From: Prorocentrum cordatum
Lineage: Eukaryota
Length of the DNA: 64,000 nt
Direction of reading: 5' to 3'
Assembly: GCA_963575745.1 (NCBI GenBank)
Contig: CAUYUJ010000135.1
Location: 1-64,000 of the forward strand
In this document: piece by piece, positions 31,498 through 47,454 of the stretch
Layout of the letters: every line of letters starts with the position of its first letter
How positions within the stretch are numbered: position 1 is the stretch's first letter
The notes under the pieces: generated by a model
Told to the model about the DNA's origin: nothing
What the model saw: only the letters and a program-made list of their open reading frames with translations
The model's database searches: none
Made by a program: the position numbers and the translations under genes

Positions 31498-31734
31498 AAC
31501 GGCCAGGCCTCCAGGCCGGGGTTCCCGCCCCACGGACGGGCCTCCAGGCCGGGGCTCCTTTTTCTTCCCCAATTCTCCCCGTCCTACTCCACCTCCTTCT
31601 CCCTTTCCCTCTCCTCATCATCCGTTCCTTTCTTTGTCTCCCCCCACCCAGCCCCACCGACCAGCCTCCAGGCCAGAAGGTCCACGGACCAGCCACCAGG
31701 CCGGGGTTCTTCGCCCATTTCGGCGCACATTGCA

Positions 31735-32214
31735 CGAGGATCGCGCCCCACATGGAGCTCCAGCCCGAAGCTCCAGCGAGGGTGTCCCTCTCTGGTTCCG
31801 CGCCAGTTTCGCCGCACCCCTCACGAGGATCGCGCCCTACACGGAGCTCCAACTACAGCTCCAGCGAGGGTGACTCGCATTGGGTCCGAACCAATTTCAC
31901 CGCACCCCTAACTAGGAGCGTACCCCACAGGAAGCGTCAGCTACAGCTCCAGCGAAGGTGACCCTCTCCGGTTTCACACCGTTTTCGCCGCATGATGATG
32001 ATGATGCTGATGACGAGCATGATGATGAGCATGATGATGATAATGATGATGATGATGATGATGATGATGATGTGGCGATGATTTTGATGATGACGAACAT
32101 GCTGACGACGGTGATGTTGACGATGGTAATTATGTCGACGATGGCGGTGACGAGGACGACGTTCACGGTGATTATGATGCTGATGCTGAGGATGATGATG
32201 ATGCTGATGGTGAC

Positions 32215-32268
<54 letters not shown>

Positions 32269-32310
32269 CATGATGACGATGATGATGATGGTGATGATGA
32301 TCATGCTGAT
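31735..32310. repeat. Three copies of an approximately 88-bp unit followed by (GAT)n
   Basis: AGCTCCAGCGAGGGTG motif repeated three times. Confidence 0.8.
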
Positions 32311-32589
32311 GAAAGGGAGGAAGATGAGAGCGGGTCGCGGAAAACGAGGGGAGAGGAAGGGTAGGAAGGGGCTGGAGAAGGTGAAGATGGGGTCGGAAAG
32401 GTAGTGGGAGAAGGAGAAAAATGCGGGAGGAGATTGCTGGTATAGGAAGAGGCCGGAGGAGGAAACCAGAGGAGCGAGGGGGAATGACGCCGATGACGCA
32501 CACGTAGGTTGTTTCCAGGATAATGGTGGTGATGAACAAGGAGGTGATGATCGTTGTGACCATCATCATCAGTAGCATCATCAGTAGCA

Positions 32590-33140
32590 TCACACAGAGA
32601 CACTTGCATGGCATCAGCACCAGAACACACAGCCACACACAGGGACACTTGCGTATCATCACCACTAGTTCACACAGCCACACACAGACGCTTGCATCGC
32701 ACCACCACCAGTTCACACAGCAAAACAAAGAGACACTTGCATAGCATCGCCGCCAGTACACACACACATCTACACACAAAGACAATTGCATGGCACAACT
32801 AGTAGTACACACAGCCACACACACAGACACTTGCATGGCATCACCACCAGTACACACAGTCACACACAGAGAAACTTGAATGGCATCACCACCTGCACAC
32901 GCAGCCACACACAAAGACACTTGCATGGCATCACCGCCAGTAGACACAATCACACACAGAGACACTTGAATGGCATCACCACCAGTACACACAGCCACAC
33001 ACACACACAAAGACATTTGCATGGCATCACCACTAGTACACATAGCCACACACAGAGGCATGTGCAGTTCATCACCACCAGTACACACAGCCACACGCAG
33101 AACACTTGAATGGCATCCCCGCCAGCACACACAGCCACAC
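32590..33140. repeat. 46-50 bp minisatellite (CACACAGAGACACTTGCATGGCATCACCACCAGTACACACAGC), about 11 copies
   Basis: Direct reading. Confidence 0.9.
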
Positions 33141-33404
33141 ACAAAGAAACAACGTGCGTCGGCATCAGTAAACGGACCGGCCTCCAGACGGGAACCCATG
33201 ATTGACCACAGATGCGTTGCGCAGCAAGCCGCAAAGTGAGCAACACATAAGTGGCCGTTTCATCTTTTTTGGGGGGGGTTGTCGGATGTCGGCTCCCGCA
33301 AAACAACTCCATGGACCACCTTAATGGTAATCGTCGGAAAACTCCTGGCCTGGAGGCTGGTCCGTTCGGCCCGGCCCAGGCCTGGAGGCTGGTCCGTTGC
33401 CCAA

Positions 33405-33850
<446 letters not shown>

Positions 33851-34392
33851 AGTAGTACGTAGTACGTAGTACGCGTACCTAGTCCCAGGTACGTAGTACG
33901 CGCCAGCGAGTGTTACGCGCTGCGTTGCGTCAGCGAGTTACAGCAACTAGCAAAAGATTGCGAGGCCCCAAAGGCCAACACCGTGGCGGCGAGGACACAC
34001 GAGGGCGAAAAGGCGCCAGGCGGTCTCGAGCCAGTCAGACGTGAGCCGAGCACAGCGGTGTCAAAGGCTGCCCCACCATTCCGCATTCTCCGGCTGTCTT
34101 GGCATCCTCCTCCTGTTCCTCCTCCTCCTCCTCATCCTCCCCCTCCTCCCCCTCCCCCTCCTCCTCCTCCTCATCATCCTCCTCCTGCTGAGCCTCCTCC
34201 TCCTCCCCTCCGCGTCCTCCTCCTCCTCCTCCTCCTCCTCCTCCTCCTCTTCCGCCTCCTCCTCTTCCTCCTCCTGGCACGCAGCTCGGGCTCCCCCTCC
34301 TCCTCTGCCTCCTCCTCCTCCTCGTCCTCCTCCTCCTCCTCCTCCTCCTCCTCCTCCTCCTCCTCCTCGTCAGGGCCGCTGATCCCGTTGGC

Positions 34393-34429
34393 CTAGATCC
34401 CACTGGTCGAACCAGTGCGGCGTGATGCC
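34393..34429 (-). CDS. Gene B (TPR-like protein) exon: GITPHWFDQWDL(G)
   Basis: CAG|G acceptor; TAG|GC donor in phase 1, matching the 26081 exon; unique island between CCT and CAT tracts. Confidence 0.7.
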
Positions 34430-34499
34430 CTGCAGAGGCGGGCGCGGGCGCGGCACGCCGACCCAGACGCGGGCACGGGGGAGGAGGCTGTCAGGCATC

Positions 34500-35255
34500 G
34501 GCATCGCCATTGCCACCATCAGCAACAACGTCGTGAGCATCATCATGATCATGATCATGATCATCATCCTCAGCATCAGCATCAGCATCAGCATGAGCAT
34601 CAGCATCAGCATCAGCATCAGCATCAGCATCATCATCATCATCATCATCACAATCATCATCATCATCAGCAGCAGCAGCAGCAGCGTCGTCGTCGTTGTC
34701 GTCGTCGTCGGCGTCGTCGTCGTCTTGAGCAGCATAACAAGCATCAACAACATCACCACCCGCTCTTATCAGCATCAACAACATCACCAGCATCAACATC
34801 AGCAACAGCAACAGCAGGCTTACCGTCAGCATCCGAGTCATTCGCAGCATCAATAACAACGCCCTCATCATCCACAACAGCAGCAGTCGCGGTGACACAA
34901 CCCGCATCATCATGCACGCATGGTCATCATCATCAGCAGCAGAAACATCATCATCATCATCATCTGCATCAGCATCAGCATAATCATCAGCAGCAGTATC
35001 ATCATGGTCATCATCATCATCATCAGCAGCATCTCCAGCATCACCATCATCATCAGCATCAGCATCGTCAGCATCATCGTCAGCATCATACTCAGCATCA
35101 ACAGTATCATCGTCATCAGCGTCGGCATCGTCATCACCAGCATCATCGTCATCAGCATCATCATCGCCCACATCAACAGTTACATCAACATCAACATCAC
35201 CGTCATCACCACCAGTATCATCTTCATCGTAATCCGCATCCTTATCACCATCAGC

Positions 35256-35307
<52 letters not shown>

Positions 35308-35545
35308 GCATCATCATCACAGTCACCATCGTCATCATCATCGTCGTCAGCATCACCCTCATCATCAACTGACCGATGGTCATCCCCATCATCACCCCCA
35401 CATCCACATCACACTCACACCCGCACTCTCACACACACACACACACACGCACACGCACACACACACAGTCGCAACCATGGCCCCCATCGCCACCACCAGT
35501 ACCATAACTATGTATCACCAGTGCCACGACCAGTATCAACGTCAC

Positions 35546-35595
<50 letters not shown>

Positions 35596-35634
35596 ATCAT
35601 CATCATCATCGTCATCATCATCATTACCATCATC

Positions 35635-35676
<42 letters not shown>

Positions 35677-35860
35677 TGTCACCATCAGCATCGCTGTCGC
35701 CCCACCCACATAATCAACATCACCAGCATCAACATCATCAGCATCATCTTCAGTATCATCAGTATCGTCAGCGTCGTCGAAATCGTCATCAGCATTATCA
35801 CCACCATCATCATCATCGACATCAGCATCATCCGAATCGCCAGAACCATCATCATCCCTC
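34500..35860. repeat. (CAT/CAG)n tract
   Basis: Direct reading. Confidence 0.93.
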
Positions 35861-35915
35861 CCTTCCTCATCGCATCATACCCCTTCATTTCCACCCAACA
35901 ATATCCTCGCTATCG

Positions 35916-35947
<32 letters not shown>

Positions 35948-36176
35948 CGGTCTTTCTTTCTTTCTCTCTCTCTCTCTCTGTCTCTCTCTCTCTCTCTCTC
36001 GCATTCGTCGCCGTGTGCTGTTTTCGCATGCAGCATGGTTTCAGGATGCCACGCTCGAGCTTCTCGAACTACTCCTCATCCTCCGCCTCCTCCTCCTCGT
36101 CCTCCCCAATCTCTCTACATCCGTCATTCCCTCCCATAGATGTATGTGTATACATCTACAAACATACATCTATATG

Positions 36177-36226
<50 letters not shown>

Positions 36227-36609
36227 TATCCGCCGGCCCCCTTGATGTGCGACCAGGCTGTGGGACGAAGTTGCTACTCCCTGCACCAGTTGCAGATTCA
36301 AGTCTCCAATGTTACAGTCCTACTGTCTGCTTTCTGTAGTAAAGTCCGCGAGAGAGGGGAGGAGCCCCCAAACCGCCCGGTTACCACCCTCGGATCGCGT
36401 GCTCTGAATTCCCTGGGGGCGTGGCCCACGTGGAAATACACGAGATTCGCGCCCCCGAGGCCATACTCCCTCGTAAATTACGCAACGTTCGCGTCCCCGA
36501 GGCCACGAACCTTCGCTCATTGAAATAACTCTTGCGTCCTTGAGGCATAAACCCTCATACATCTTCGCAAATTATGCAATATTCGAAATGCCGAGGCCAA
36601 GAGTGATCC

Positions 36610-38150
36610 AAGGCGTCCGAAGATGGTTCCAAGACGGCCCAAAAGGGCCCAAAGAGGCCCCAAGAGCGCTCCAAGAGGCTTCCCGAGAGCCCCAAGAGGC
36701 CAAAGTCGTTGAGTTGACGAAGGTTTTTGAAGGATTTTGGCATTCTCGCAGTTTCGGTTTTCCGACGCTCCAATACGGCTCAAGAAGCTCCCAAGACTGC
36801 CCCAAGACAGCCCAAGGTGCCTCCAAGAGGGCCCCAAGACGGCCCAAGAGGGCTCCAAGATGGCCCAAGAAGCGCTGAAGACGGCCCAAGAGGGCCCCAA
36901 GACGGCCCTAAGAAAGGCCCAAGCAGGGGATCACGAACCGAACATTTTATATCTGTGCCCCGAGAAGCCCCCAGGGGGTCCCAAGAGGCCGCCAACAGGC
37001 CCCAAGAGGCGCCGAAGACGCGCCTACAGGAGGCCCAAAAGATACCCCACGAGGCCCCAAGACGCCCCCAAGAGGCGCCCAAACCGCCTCCAAGTGGCCC
37101 CCGAGAGGCTCCCCACGACCGCCCAGCACGTGTACAAGAGGCCTCAGACCCACAACCCAGGCACGGTCCCAAGGCCACTAGGATCCGCCGCCCCCTGTGG
37201 GCTTGCCACAGGGGTGCCGGGCGTGCTGGACCCTAGACGGTTTGGCTTTGGTTCTGTTCCAAAAGAACTCTCCTTGTGGCTTCGGCCCGCCCCGCCGGCC
37301 TCTCAAAAGGCCGCACAAGGGACCACAATGTCCGAAAAAATCTCCCAAGACGGCTCACGATGACTTTGAAGATCGTCAAGTTGGCCGAAGTCGGCCTCCC
37401 AGATGCTTGCAAGACGGCCAACATGGCCTCCAAGACAGCTAAGATGGTCCCAAGATGCCTCCAAGACGGCCCATGATGCATCCAAGACGGCCTCGGATAG
37501 TCTCAAGATGGCCCAAGACGGTCTAAGAGGTCCCCTAGGAGGCCTCCAAGACGGCGCAGGAGGCCTCCAAGAGGCCCCCAAGAGCGCCCAAGAGGCCTCC
37601 CAGAACGGCCCATGAGGCCCCCAAGATGGCCCCAAGAGGCCTCCAAGACGCCCAAGATGGCCTCCAAGACGGCCCTGGAGCACCCCAAGAGGGCCCCAAG
37701 TCGGCCCAGAGAGGCCCTCAAGACGGCTACCGACGGCGTCAGACGGGCCAGGAGGCCATCAAGATGGCCCAAGATGCCTCCAAGATGGCCCAAGACGGCC
37801 CAAGGTGCCCCCAAGAGGTTCCCATGACGGCCCCAGAGGCACCCAAGAGGACTTCCAGAAGGCTCGAAGAAGCCAAAATCATTGATTTGCCCTAAGATTT
37901 TGAAGGGTCTGGGCATTTGCTTCTTTTCGATCCTCCGACGGCCCGAGGCGGCCCAAGAGCCCCCAAAGATCGCCCCAAGATCGCCCGTGAAGCCTTCCAA
38001 ACTGGTCCAAGAACGGCCCAAGAGGCCGCGAAGACGGCCCCAAGAGGGCCCCAAGACGCCCCAAGAGGCCTCCAAGACCCCCAAGATGGCCTCCAAGACT
38101 GCCCTGGAGCAACCCCAAGAAGGCGCCAAGTCGGCCCAGAGAGGCCTCTC
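36610..38150 (+). mobile_element. Cluster of CCAAGA-rich repeat copies
   Basis: Same motifs and internal landmarks (TTCCGACGCTCCAA, GAACCGAAC) as at 14.6-16.6 kb. Confidence 0.75.
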
Positions 38151-38724
38151 CTCCTCCTCCTCCTCCTCCTCCTCCTCCTCCTCCTCCTCCTCCTCCTCCT
38201 CCTCCTGATCGTCCCCGCCATCCTCCCCGAAGGGTTTCTACACGGGCTGGGGGCTGGGGAACAACGCTCTTGCCACAACGCTCGGCAGAGCTCTTGCCAC
38301 AACGCTCGGCCAAATTGGCGTGTCCAAAATGCAGGGGGCGGAGGTGATTCGCCGTAGGCGTCTTCGATAACGCCAGCGTCACAATATGCGCTGATGATTC
38401 CTATCCGCCCCCGCATGATGTTCCCAGATGCGCCAAGGCAACGCCGAGACGCACCGACGCGACCCTGGCGTACCCCATTATGATAGAGACGGGGCTGGCG
38501 GCAGGGGACGAAGCCCTTACGGAAATATACATATAGTTATAAACATACAGAGATGCATATGTATAGATATACATATATACATACACATATGCATAGATAT
38601 ACGTATATATACATACATATCTATATGTATGAATATGTATGTATGTGTGATGTGTCCCACGCCCCCCTCCCACTTGTGTGTGCAAGCGCTGATGCTGCAG
38701 CGCAAAAGTGGTCATTGGTCACAC

Positions 38725-38832
38725 CGTCCTCCTCCTCCTCCTCCTCATCCTCCTTCTCATCCCCCCCTCCACATCATCACCAGCAGCAGCATCATCAGCA
38801 TCATCATCAGCATCAGCATCATCATCAGCAGC

Positions 38833-38865
<33 letters not shown>

Positions 38866-39589
38866 AGCAGCATCGTCATGCTCACCCTCCTCATCATCAT
38901 TGTCCTCCTCATCATCAGCAGCATCATCATCAGCATCATCAGCGTCATCCTCATAAACATCATCATCCTCATCAGCATCATCATCATCATCAGCAGCATC
39001 CTCATCATCATCATCATCAGCTTCAGCTTCAGCATCTGCATCAGCATCACCATCATCATCAGCAGCACCATCATCAGCATCGTCATCAGCATCATCAGCA
39101 GCAGCATCAGCAACAGCATCAGCATCAGCATCCGCATCATCATCATCATCAACAGCATCCGCATCAGCATCAACAGCATCAGCATCATCCGAATCGCCCT
39201 AAACATCAGCATCAGCATCACCATCATCAGCATCATCAAGATCATCAGCATCAGCATCATCAGCATCATCAGCATCACCATCATCATCACAAACAGAATA
39301 GGCATCAGCATCATCATCAGCATCGTCATCGTTATCATCATCAAGTTCCTAATCACCACAAACCTGAACATCACCCGTAGCAGCATCAGCAACATCATCA
39401 GCATAATCGGAAGCGTCGTCAGCATCAGCAGCATCATCATCATCAGCAGCAGCATCATCATCATCACCATCATCATCAGCATCACCATCAGCATCATCAT
39501 CAACAACAGCGTCAGCATCGTCATCATCATCACCACCATCATCTGCATCAGCATCATGATCAGCATCTGCATCATCAGCATACTCATAC

Positions 39590-39634
<45 letters not shown>

Positions 39635-39960
39635 AGAACAACAACAGCATCATCATCAACGTCGTCATCGTCGTCATCAACATCGTCAGCGTCGTCACCG
39701 TCATCATCAACAGCATCATCTTGATCATCGTCATCATCAGCATCGTCATCATCACCAGCATCTTAAGCAGTATCAGCAACAGCAACAGCAACAGCATCAT
39801 CATCATCATCATCATCCTCAGCATCAGCATCAGCATCAGCATCATCAGCATAATCATCATAAGCATCACAATCCTCATCATCATCAGCATCATCATCAGC
39901 ATCATCGTCGTCAGTATCAACACCGTCATCGCAGCAGCAGCATCATCATCGTCAGCAGCA
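38725..39960. repeat. (CAT/CAG)n tract
   Basis: Direct reading. Confidence 0.93.
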
Positions 39961-40014
39961 TCTTTATCCAGCTGGGCTTCCTCTCCCTGTTTTCCTTGAA
40001 GCCTGGCGTGAGGC

Positions 40015-40040
40015 CTGGACATTGATCTGCGCACGAATGC
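40015..40040 (-). CDS. Candidate upstream exon of gene B: (G)IRAQINVQ
   Basis: Pyrimidine tract, TAG|GC acceptor and CAG|GC donor in phase 0, compatible with the 34429 exon. Very short, no homology support. Confidence 0.4.
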
Positions 40041-40779
40041 CTAGGAGGGGGGGAGGGGGAAGCAGGAAAGGAGGAGGGAAGATGGGGTGATGGAGAGAAC
40101 AGGGAGGAGAGGGATGACGACGACGCTTACGACGAGAACGAGAAGCAGGAGAACGAAGGGAACGGCGAGGACGACGAGGGAGGCTTGGCGCAGATCTTAC
40201 AAAAAAATCGCTGGAGACTGCGGCGGGTCGCATTGCTTTCAAACGGCAAACTTCAAAGGGCAGACGCCGCGCAGCTCAGCCTAGGTGCTGACCGAGCCAC
40301 CCGCGGCCCGAGGTGCACCCCGCCTTTCCGTCCACTCTGGCTCGGGGATCTCCTGACCCGGGTCAATCCAAACCCGGGCCAATCAGGCCTTACAAGATCC
40401 CGCAAGATCCTGCAAGATCCTGCACCCAGACCCGGGTCAACGCGAAGGATCCTGCAGGATCCTGTACCCAAACCCGGGTCAAGGCGACCCTGGCCCTGCA
40501 GGATCCTGCAAGATCGGGCGCTCTGGCTGACCCCGTTTTGCACTGACCCCCGTTTCAAGGCTCCCGACTGGCCCCCCCTCCACCCCCCAGAGCCATGTCT
40601 GAGCCTGATAGGGGGCCGTCTGAGGTCCACTGGGAGCCTCCCTAGAAATGAAGGGGCCCTGGGACACACAAATAAATAGACACTAATTATCCCAGAGCGA
40701 CCCTACCTAGGAGTTGGAGCCCCGAAGAGAGCAAAATTAGTAGTAACGGTAAACGCCGCCCTCCAGTTGTAGCAGTAAC

Positions 40780-42310
<1,531 letters not shown>

Positions 42311-43172
42311 GGCGCAACTGGGGGAACCGCGGGGCGGATACTGGGGGAACCGCCCGGGGCGGTGTGCACTGCCCGGCCCCTTTAAGAAAGAGAGTAAGAA
42401 CCCTTCTAGGCAGAGCCTAGGTAGGGAAGAACAGGATCCCCCATATTTCCTATATGTTCTTGGTGTTTGTCTTCCCCCCCACTTCCCATACTTTCCCATG
42501 TGTTCCTGGGAGTCAACGATTATTGGTGTCTGTGTGTGTTGTCTTCCCTCCTGAAGAAGACCTGCGGCCGTGGCCGGGAGGCACTCCGCCGGGACGCGTG
42601 CCCGCACCGCCGTGTGCTCGCCTGCTGCCCAGGCCCTTCGGCACGACGCAGGCGGCGGAATGAGGGCAGACACTGCTGCGGATCATCCATCGAGCTGAAT
42701 AGGGTGAGCACTCCTCTGGCTAACACGCGTCCTGAGGATCATCAATTGGCCACCTCTGCCCCCTGGCTCCAGGAGTGGAACCCCGATCGAGCACCTCTTG
42801 GCGAGGCCACCTCGGGCCAGGAGCACCCCTGGCAGTGCCCGATCAGCGCGCAGAGCCCCTGGGCTCGGCAGCGCGCGCAGCTCTCACCGAGGCTCCTGCG
42901 CACGCTCCTCACAAGGCAGGGAGGGCCCCTGCGAGCTCCCCGGGAGGGCTCCCCGAGCGGGCGCCCTGCGCAGGCTCTCCCCAGGAGGCCTCCTGCGCAT
43001 GGCTTCCTCGAGGAAGCCACGCGAGGCTCCGGGAGGGCCCGCGAAGGCTTCTTCTTCTTCGAGGAGGCCCGCGAGCCTCGCCCCGGCGCCCCCCGGGGCC
43101 AGGATCCGCTCAGAGCGGGCCCCCCCGTCGCCGGGCACGCCCGCCCCGACGGCCCGTGGAAGTCAAAAAATC

Positions 43173-43203
<31 letters not shown>

Positions 43204-43953
43204 AGAACAACCACCCCGACATGCGAAATCGTTTCGTAAACGCGCCCAGAGAAGGAATCGAGCAGGGCAGGGCAGTTTGGTAAACGCCCAGGGCCGTTCA
43301 GTATACGCCAGTCGTCCAGTCTGGGCGGTTGTTCCTCCCTTGAGTCTGCCCCGTCCCGGCCAGGCTTTCAGGCCGCGCCCAGCTGTGGCCACGCGAGCAG
43401 CGACGAGAGGAAGCGGGCCGCTCGCGAGATGGTACCGCGGCCTCAGGCCTCACGCGGTGGCTCACGCGCGGGCCGCCAGCGCGGCGCCCCACGCCGGACA
43501 TGGCGGCGCTCACGCGCGGCGCTGCGCGGGCAGCCTGTGCGAAAATGTCAGTGCAGACGACCCCATTTGTTGGCGGCGAGCAGGAAGGGGGGTGGGGGGA
43601 GGAGGGAAGGCTTCCTAGAAGGTGGTCGCTTCTCAGAAGGCGCCGGCCCTTCCATCTACAGACAAGGCCCGCGACTTCTAAGAAGCAGGGGTGCTTCTGA
43701 GAAGCCTTCCCTCCGCGCGTGGCCAAGACGACAGCTTGTGTCTGCGTCGGTCACGAGGGCCCCTCCTGGGAGAGGCCCTGAAATGCTAAACGAAGGCGAA
43801 CAAACACTGAGATGCTCCCGGCGCGCCCTTCGCCGTTCTGGCACCGCGCGGGTGCTCGTTCCAGAAGCAACCCCCAAAAAAACCCAGAAGGTCCCGTGCC
43901 CTGCCCCCCCCCCCCTGTTCGAGGAGCAGAGATGGCGCACGATAAACTGGCGG

Positions 43954-44088
43954 AGGTCCGCGTTGGCATCTTGGGTCGGCGCTGGACCCCTCATCGCCTG
44001 GGCGCGCCGAACGCGGCAGGAGCGGCGCCGGAGGCGCCCTGCAGGGGAAGGGAGGTCTGGCGCCGACCCAGGAAGTTCAAGCGGACCT
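43954..44088. mobile_element. Small foldback element (GGTCCGC..GGTCGGCGCTGGACC arms); other copies at 47061-47266 and about 14233-14316
   Basis: Imperfect inverted arms of about 35 bp shared between copies; unrelated spacers. Confidence 0.6.
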
Positions 44089-45665
44089 CGGGAAGCCTAA
44101 GCTTCTGCCTTTGCTCTTGTTCGGTCTGCCCAAGAAGGTGGCCTCAAGGTCCCTCGCCCTGCCCCGTCCTGTCACACCCGAGGCGGCACGGAAAGAATGG
44201 GAGCGGTTTCCCCACAGCACGGGTTGCCCAAAAGTGGCAACGGCCGATGTCGGGCACGCGCGCCTCGTTACAAACGGACGGCGTACGCAGCGCCACCCAC
44301 GGCTGCTCCCGTTCGAAGAGGGGCTGAGCTGCTGCAGGCCTTCGGCCGCCCTCGTGCTGTTCGCCTCCATCTCGGCCCTCCCGTAAAAAAGGTTCCTCGC
44401 CCGGCCCCGCTCCCGGGCACCCGACGCTGCGTTCGTTGCTCCACTGCGCGGGCCCTCGAGATCTCAGCCCGTTCCCCCCAGGGCGGAGGCCGAGACCACG
44501 GGGAGCACAAGCGGGAGGCCGCCGAGCGCGGCGTCGGAGGCCTGGGTATCCCGAGCGCTGCCGGCGGGCACGAGCAAAACTGAAACTCTACGCGCGCGAC
44601 GCGCTCCCGGCGGAGGAGTGGAGGAGGCCGGCCACGCGCAAGGAGTGGCCCCGGGCACGAGTGACCCTCTGGCGCGCGGCGCCTGCCGACCGCTGCGCGC
44701 GGCGCGGCAGCGGCGGCCCCGCGCGGTTGGGCCTGGCTCCCCCGCGACAGCGGGGCGCTGGCTTCGGGCGGTGGCGGCGATGTCGCCGGGGCGCCCCGTG
44801 GTGGGAGCGCCAGGTGCGCCAGGGCGCCTCGGCTTCCACAGCCCGCCATGGCCAGTCCTCCACGGCCCGTCCTCGCAGGCGAGGGCTCCCCAGCCCCCAT
44901 CTGCAAGGCTGCTTCGCACCGTGTAGAGCACACGTCTGGGCGCTGGCCAACAAAGGGGGGGACGGTGGCCCGGGATCGACGGCAGGCACGTCGCCGAGGC
45001 GATAGGCCCCCGACTGGGGAATCCCGGCGTGTCTGGGCAGAGCACCGTCAAGCACATGTCTGGGCGCTGGCTGATAAAGGGGGGGGGCAGTGGCCCAGAA
45101 TCGACGGCAAGCACGTCGCCGAGGCGAGAGGCCCCCGGCTGGGAAGCCCGGCGGGTCTGGGCAGGCTGGGGCACCGAGGCCTGGATAGGCGAGGAGTGGG
45201 CGATCGGAGGTCGATGCTGCCCCCTGGAGCAGGCCCTCCCCAGTTGGCCTCCCAGCGCCCCCCAGAGGGCCACGCACCAGAGGCCACTCTGGCGAAGGGC
45301 CACTCTTGCGAATAGCTGGGGGAAGCAGCGCTGGCTGGCGGATCCCCGCCGGCCGTGTCGAGGCAATGCTGACAAGGGCAGGCGTGCAGCCATGGCCAGA
45401 GCGACCGGCAGACTAACGGTAGAGGCACGCCTTCCTTAAAATGCCCGCTGCCGGGCTAAGGAGCACATCGTCATCGCTACCCGCCATCGTCCCCTGCAGG
45501 TGGCAAGTGATGTGCACGCCTGCAGCTCGCACGGGCTATTGCAGCTGCTGCTTGCCCCCCTCTCCGAGCGGCCACGACTGCAAATAGCGGGCGACATCAG
45601 CCGACCACCTCACCGATCCTGGCCAGGCTGATCCTGAGCCCAAGATTGCTGTATATGAGCAGGTA

Positions 45666-46032
45666 CCGACCGTCCTTGACTCCTATAGGCCTACCACGAC
45701 ATGCTCTAAAGCCCAAACGTGTTCTAATAACAAAAACAATGTTCTCATAGCATAAAGCCGAAGTGTTAAAACCAGACAATATCGGCCAGAAATGTTCTAA
45801 GAACATCTCGTGCCGACGACGCAGGGCTTAGGTCGGGCATGTCCCCCCTACAAGCAGATGTTGGACGAAAACTAATGGTCAAACTGATTCGAACAAAAAA
45901 CGTCCCCAGACTATTGTTTGACTATTGTTGAACATTCCTTCTGTAGAGGGACAAGCCCGACTAAACACAAGGTTCTTAGAACATTCTTTGGTGGGCCTAC
46001 AGGCAAGCCAGGACGCCTCACCACTGCTCGAG
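45666..46032. mobile_element. TIR element (CCTAYAGG family) containing a TTAGGTCGGGC MITE at 45828-45964
   Basis: Colinear with 62516-62900 once the inserts are removed; MITE flanks ACGCAGGG / ACACAAGG. Confidence 0.7.
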
Positions 46033-46189
46033 TACACGCATTCCTGGCTGAACCAGGGAGGCGTGCGCACCGACCCCGGCCCAGAACATCGGCCCGTCCA
46101 GGATCCATGGATGGTCCAGCTGACGCCCTGCGAAAAGATGGTCGCGGAGGAGGGGGAGGAGGAGAAGGAGGAGGAGGAGGAGGAGGGCA

Positions 46190-46320
46190 TCGTCTAACCG
46201 ACCCCTATCCCCGCTGGCGTGGCCTGGGCCCCACTGGCAAATGTACCCCCCTGGGTGAGGGATATCGACTGTTCGCTTCGGGTGTCGAGGTGGATGTCCC
46301 AACTGGGGCGGTGTGATGGT
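46190..46320 (+). repeat. Dispersed repeat of about 130 bp; second copy near 55905-56030
   Basis: Shared GGCGTGGCCTGGnCCCCACTGGC..ATGTACCCCCCT. Confidence 0.75.
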
Positions 46321-46369
46321 GGGACTGAGATGCCATGGCCCGATGGGAATGGGGAGAGTTTTTATGCTG

Positions 46370-46637
46370 AGTCGGGCGCGTCCTCCTACAGGGCAATTTT
46401 GGAGGAACACTTAAAAATAGTCAATATGGTTCGAAAAAGGACCACGAATACGAAATACGTATAGACATACGTATATATACATATATATATATATACATCT
46501 ACATATTTACATTTACATATACATGGATCTATATTTATATATACGTGGGAAATCTGAATAATAATAATAACCAAAAAAAACGTTCCCAGACTATATGTTT
46601 GAACTTTCCTCCTGTAGAGGGACAGGCCCGACGTAAG
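46370..46637. mobile_element. TTAGGTCGGGC-family MITE with an (AT)n expansion
   Basis: GTCGGGCGCGTCCTCCTACA ... TGTAGAGGGACAGGCCCGAC termini. Confidence 0.7.
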
Positions 46638-47391
46638 TTTAATGACGCGGAGGGGGTAGGGAGGACGAGGACACCAGAGCCACTGTCGGAGCGAACAGGA
46701 GGGGACATCCTGGGGACCTGGGCGCCAGGCTCATCCGAGGAGGCGGGGGCAGCAAGGCGCGGAGGCCGAGGGTGCGTGCCGAGAACAAGGCATGGGGAGA
46801 CCGGAAGGGCAATCCTTGCCAGCAGACGGGACTTCAAGGACAGAGGCTGGCCGGTGGAGGTGCGCCCGCAAACTCGCCCAGCATGGGTCGAGAAACCCCG
46901 CAGCAACTTGCCGGAACGTGCGGCGTGTCTCGAAACACCCTTCTGCTGGGCGGGGTCGGGAGCGAGGGCTGGGATGGGAGCGAGGGCACATGCCCTTGTC
47001 CCTTAGGAGGGCGCTCCCGAAACCAAGAGAAGCTCAGGTGCGTACGGCGCAACGTCCGCTGGTCCGCGCGGGCTTTCCTTGGTCGGCGCTGGACCCCCTG
47101 CCCACACCGCTGTCCTCTGCGCGCGTGGCGGCGCGCAGGGGGGGGAGCGGCCGCCAGGGGTGTGGGGCGGGGAAAGGAGGAGGAGGAGGAGGAGGAGGAG
47201 GAGGAGGAGGAGGAGGAGGAGGAGGAGGAGGGACCAGCGCCGACCCAAGAAAACCCTCGCGGAACTCTGAAGGCCCATGCTCACGCTGCTGTCGGGCTCG
47301 AGGCACTCGCACGCCCCTCGCCGACTGCAGCGGGCGTCCCCGGCCAGGCGCGTCGTCACCCGGCGAGGTACCACGCCGTGGGGGTGCTGCG

Positions 47392-47454
47392 CTAGCTGAA
47401 GTCCTCCTCCGACTCGCTGTCACTGACACCGGTGCTGGGCGCGGGCCCCGCTTC
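47392..47454 (-). CDS. Gene A probable last exon: EAGPAPSTGVSDSESEEDFS-stop
   Basis: Pyrimidine tract, then CGAG|GA acceptor in phase 0 that mirrors the CGAG|GA donor at 50664; acidic tail ending in TAG. Confidence 0.6.
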   Translation of the reverse strand, partial: EAGPAPSTGVSDSESEEDFS